Shown here piece after piece: positions 61,264-64,000 of a stretch of DNA of 64,000 nt. The stretch lies in contig OZ037765.1 of assembly GCA_964035545.1 (NCBI GenBank), forward strand, positions 32,611,504 through 32,675,503, given 5' to 3'. This DNA is from Bugula neritina (lineage: Eukaryota > Animalia > Bryozoa). A program made the position numbers and the translations under genes. The notes under the pieces are model-generated. The model ran no database searches. It worked only from the letters and a program-made list of their open reading frames with translations, and was not told the origin of the DNA. Numbering within the stretch: the first letter of the stretch is position 1; each line of letters begins with the position of its first letter.

Positions 61264-64000
61264 TGCATTTTAAGTAGCTTATCCTACAAAACGTTTTGAA
61301 TATTATAAAATAAACATTCATAACTTTTCATCAAAACAAAGTTGAATCTCAAAGTTACTAGAAGAAAATTGATGAATTCATGCAATGGGATGATCATACA
61401 CGGCTAATTAAAGTTACAGCTGATGACAAAAAATTGACTTTTTCTCTCATAGGTATGGATTTTTAAAAAGATCAATTTTATAATACGGTATAGGACAGAT
61501 TGTAAGCACCTAAAGTTCAACATAGAAAATCTAAATATTTTTTGAAACATTACACATATCACAGTATATAAATACTTAGAATTTTTTTCAAACTTTAGAC
61601 AAATGCAAAATTGTGGATAAGTATTTATCTTAAGGTGACACTGTAAAAGTTACGGTGAAATCCTGGTAGGTTTTGGTATGCACTATGCACACTACTATTA
61701 CCTGAAATAGCTAAAACTGAAATGTAAATTGCGATGTAAGTAGCAACAATTATCAAGATTGTGCTCTTATTTTCTCCGCTTAATCCACATTGTTGTTCTA
61801 TACTTTTAAGATATATTTTAAGAGATTACCAGCCTCAGAAATAAGCTTTAGTTATCTATTGTTTTATTTTTATCATTGGTAATGTATGCACAGATGATTC
61901 AGTGAAATATAGGCATATTGTAGTAGTTTGTGGGTTATAGAATGAAACCAGGCAGAGAACATAACTCCTTGTTATAGAAGAGACAAGAGAGAGTGTTGAA
62001 TTCGTGTGCGTACAGTATTCTTTATTGTAGTAGAGATGTATCCAGTCCGGGCTCCAGTCTTCAAGTGACTGAAGCTCGAAAATGCGTGTTTTTTTATACT
62101 AGTAAAACAAAGGACTTCTAGAACCTTCCACCGACAGCAGGCCGATATTCGGCAGGAAATGCAGCATGTCGCCAACCGACACTAAAAATGTCGGGAACCG
62201 ACATTTGGTCTGTCTGTCTGCGTCCAGCTGCCGAACTAGGTCCAACAGTCAGTTTACATAAATAAGCAAAAAGAAATGAACCCAACCAAGTGTATGTATT
62301 GTACTTATAATTAGGGAAAAAGGGATTATCTATTCACTATGCTAAAAGCTTAACAATAGACATAGTATTTAAAGTATTGGCAAGTTAAGCCACAGACTTG
62401 GCTATAACTACAGTACTAGCCATAGGGAAGGGTCAAGGGGGATGACTCCAATATTTACTACCATATTCTCTCAAATATTTCTAACAAAGAATGGTAGGAT
62501 GCGTGGCTCATCAAAACAAGAAAATGTTGCTAAGCCAAAGTTAATACTTTTTAAAGGATCATCAATTAGTTTTTCCCTATGCTATTTTCAGTAATTAGTT
62601 TCATAGAAATTTTACTTTAGCTTCATTAAAAGTTAATAAACTTAACACTTATTTCACACAGTATCACACACCCACATAGTTTATCATTTTCTATAGAGTT
62701 CCTCTGCAGGGCAAGTTATTCTATCACAATATTAATATCAATATGAAACAGCTTCGGTCTAGATAATAATTACAAAAATAATAAATTAGTATCACTATGA
62801 CTATCAGTACTACTATCATTATAATTATTTAGATTAACCATACTAATGTACACTAACACTATGACTAATAGTAATACACTGACAGCATGAGTGTAACTGT
62901 ATAAGTATGAGTATACTCATACTTATACAATTACACTCATACACTGATACAGTATGATACTGCTAGGACTACTAGGTCTAGTAGTACTAGTAGTGCTACT
63001 ACTAACACTACTTCTACTTCTAGTAATACTAACACTGTAAATGTAATAGTATCAAATAATCAATATGCGACTATTACCATTATGGCATTAGTATTGCTAT
63101 TAGTATTAGTATTACTATCAATATTACTATTAGTAATACTAATAGTAATAGTATTTCTCGAGTCCAACTCCAAGTCCAAGTCTAAGAGTAAGTGAGTCAG
63201 TTACTCTTACTCTAACTCTTACTGAGTCTAAGTCTTAGTAATAGTTAACAAATAAACATTTACATTTATTTTTAAATTGAGATAAAACTTAAAGCCTACA
63301 GGATAAATAAATTACCTTGCAGGAAAAAAAAAATTTAAAAAGTTGTCATCGACAAGGATAGACCATTGAAATATTTAAAGTATAGAATTATTATGAATTA
63401 TTATTATCAATTCGCTTTTAGTTTTAATCATTAATCTCGGGTTCAGCACTGGGCACACACAAATAATAACGGGGAATTCCCTACTGGTTGACTTAACAGC
63501 GCAGAATCCAACTAGCAACTCGGTCTATATTTAGTAAGCTCCGCCGACACCAACGTTAGAAAAGTTACGTGTAGTCATTATACGAGCTTAGCATATATAA
63601 GGCTTCGAGCTAAGGTCAAAGTTAAACTCGGTTAAACAATTTCCGGTTTATTATAGTTTATTTCATTTTTCCCCGAGGAATTTTTTTCGTATCAATGTTT
63701 GTCTATATTCTATAACTGCAACTTTCCAACATTTTCTTGCCACTGCTCTTCAAACTTGACTCTGAAGCTCGTATTCAATACTGCTGAAAATTATTATTTT
63801 CGTATTTGTTTACTTGTATTCTTTACCCAATGGCCAAGACTTAGAGTTAGAGTTAGACTTAGATTAAGTCTAATAAATATAATTTAATTTATATAAATAA
63901 TAATATTATTATTATTAATAATATAATCATAATGATTATCTATAAAAGTAAAACCAACAATGAACAAAATGAAAATATAATGAAATAATTATATTATAAA

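Overview
AT-rich metazoan genomic DNA with GT-AG introns. The gene content suggests a calcifying invertebrate such as a bryozoan, but that is inference only. I assembled seven spliced genes by hand; every model has consistent intron phases and a CDS length divisible by 3. (1) A plus-strand tandem cluster of five secreted proteins, probably GPI-anchored: a Reeler-domain/His-rich protein (2108-5556) and four extremely Asp/Ser-rich low-complexity proteins (7513-9302, 19071-22113, 24234-27889, 38687-41762). They share a signal-peptide exon, a symmetric phase-1 repeat exon, and a terminal exon with a conserved juxtamembrane helical motif plus GPI signal. Three also share a C-x6-C loop and a TATA-like motif exactly 60 nt before the ATG. 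This looks like a lineage-specific, membrane-tethered biomineralization matrix family. (2) A GLD-2/TENT2-like non-canonical poly(A) polymerase (30321-35509, +) that interrupts the cluster. (3) FAN1 nuclease (61263-44157, -) with a canonical PIP box and no visible UBZ finger. FAN1 intron 1 holds two identical, sense-oriented type I hammerhead ribozymes 271 nt apart (retrozyme/Penelope-type unit). The 3' splice site of FAN1 exon 12 is tandemly repeated nine times. There are also three copies of a tRNA-derived SINE, hairpin MITE-like elements and several mini/microsatellites.
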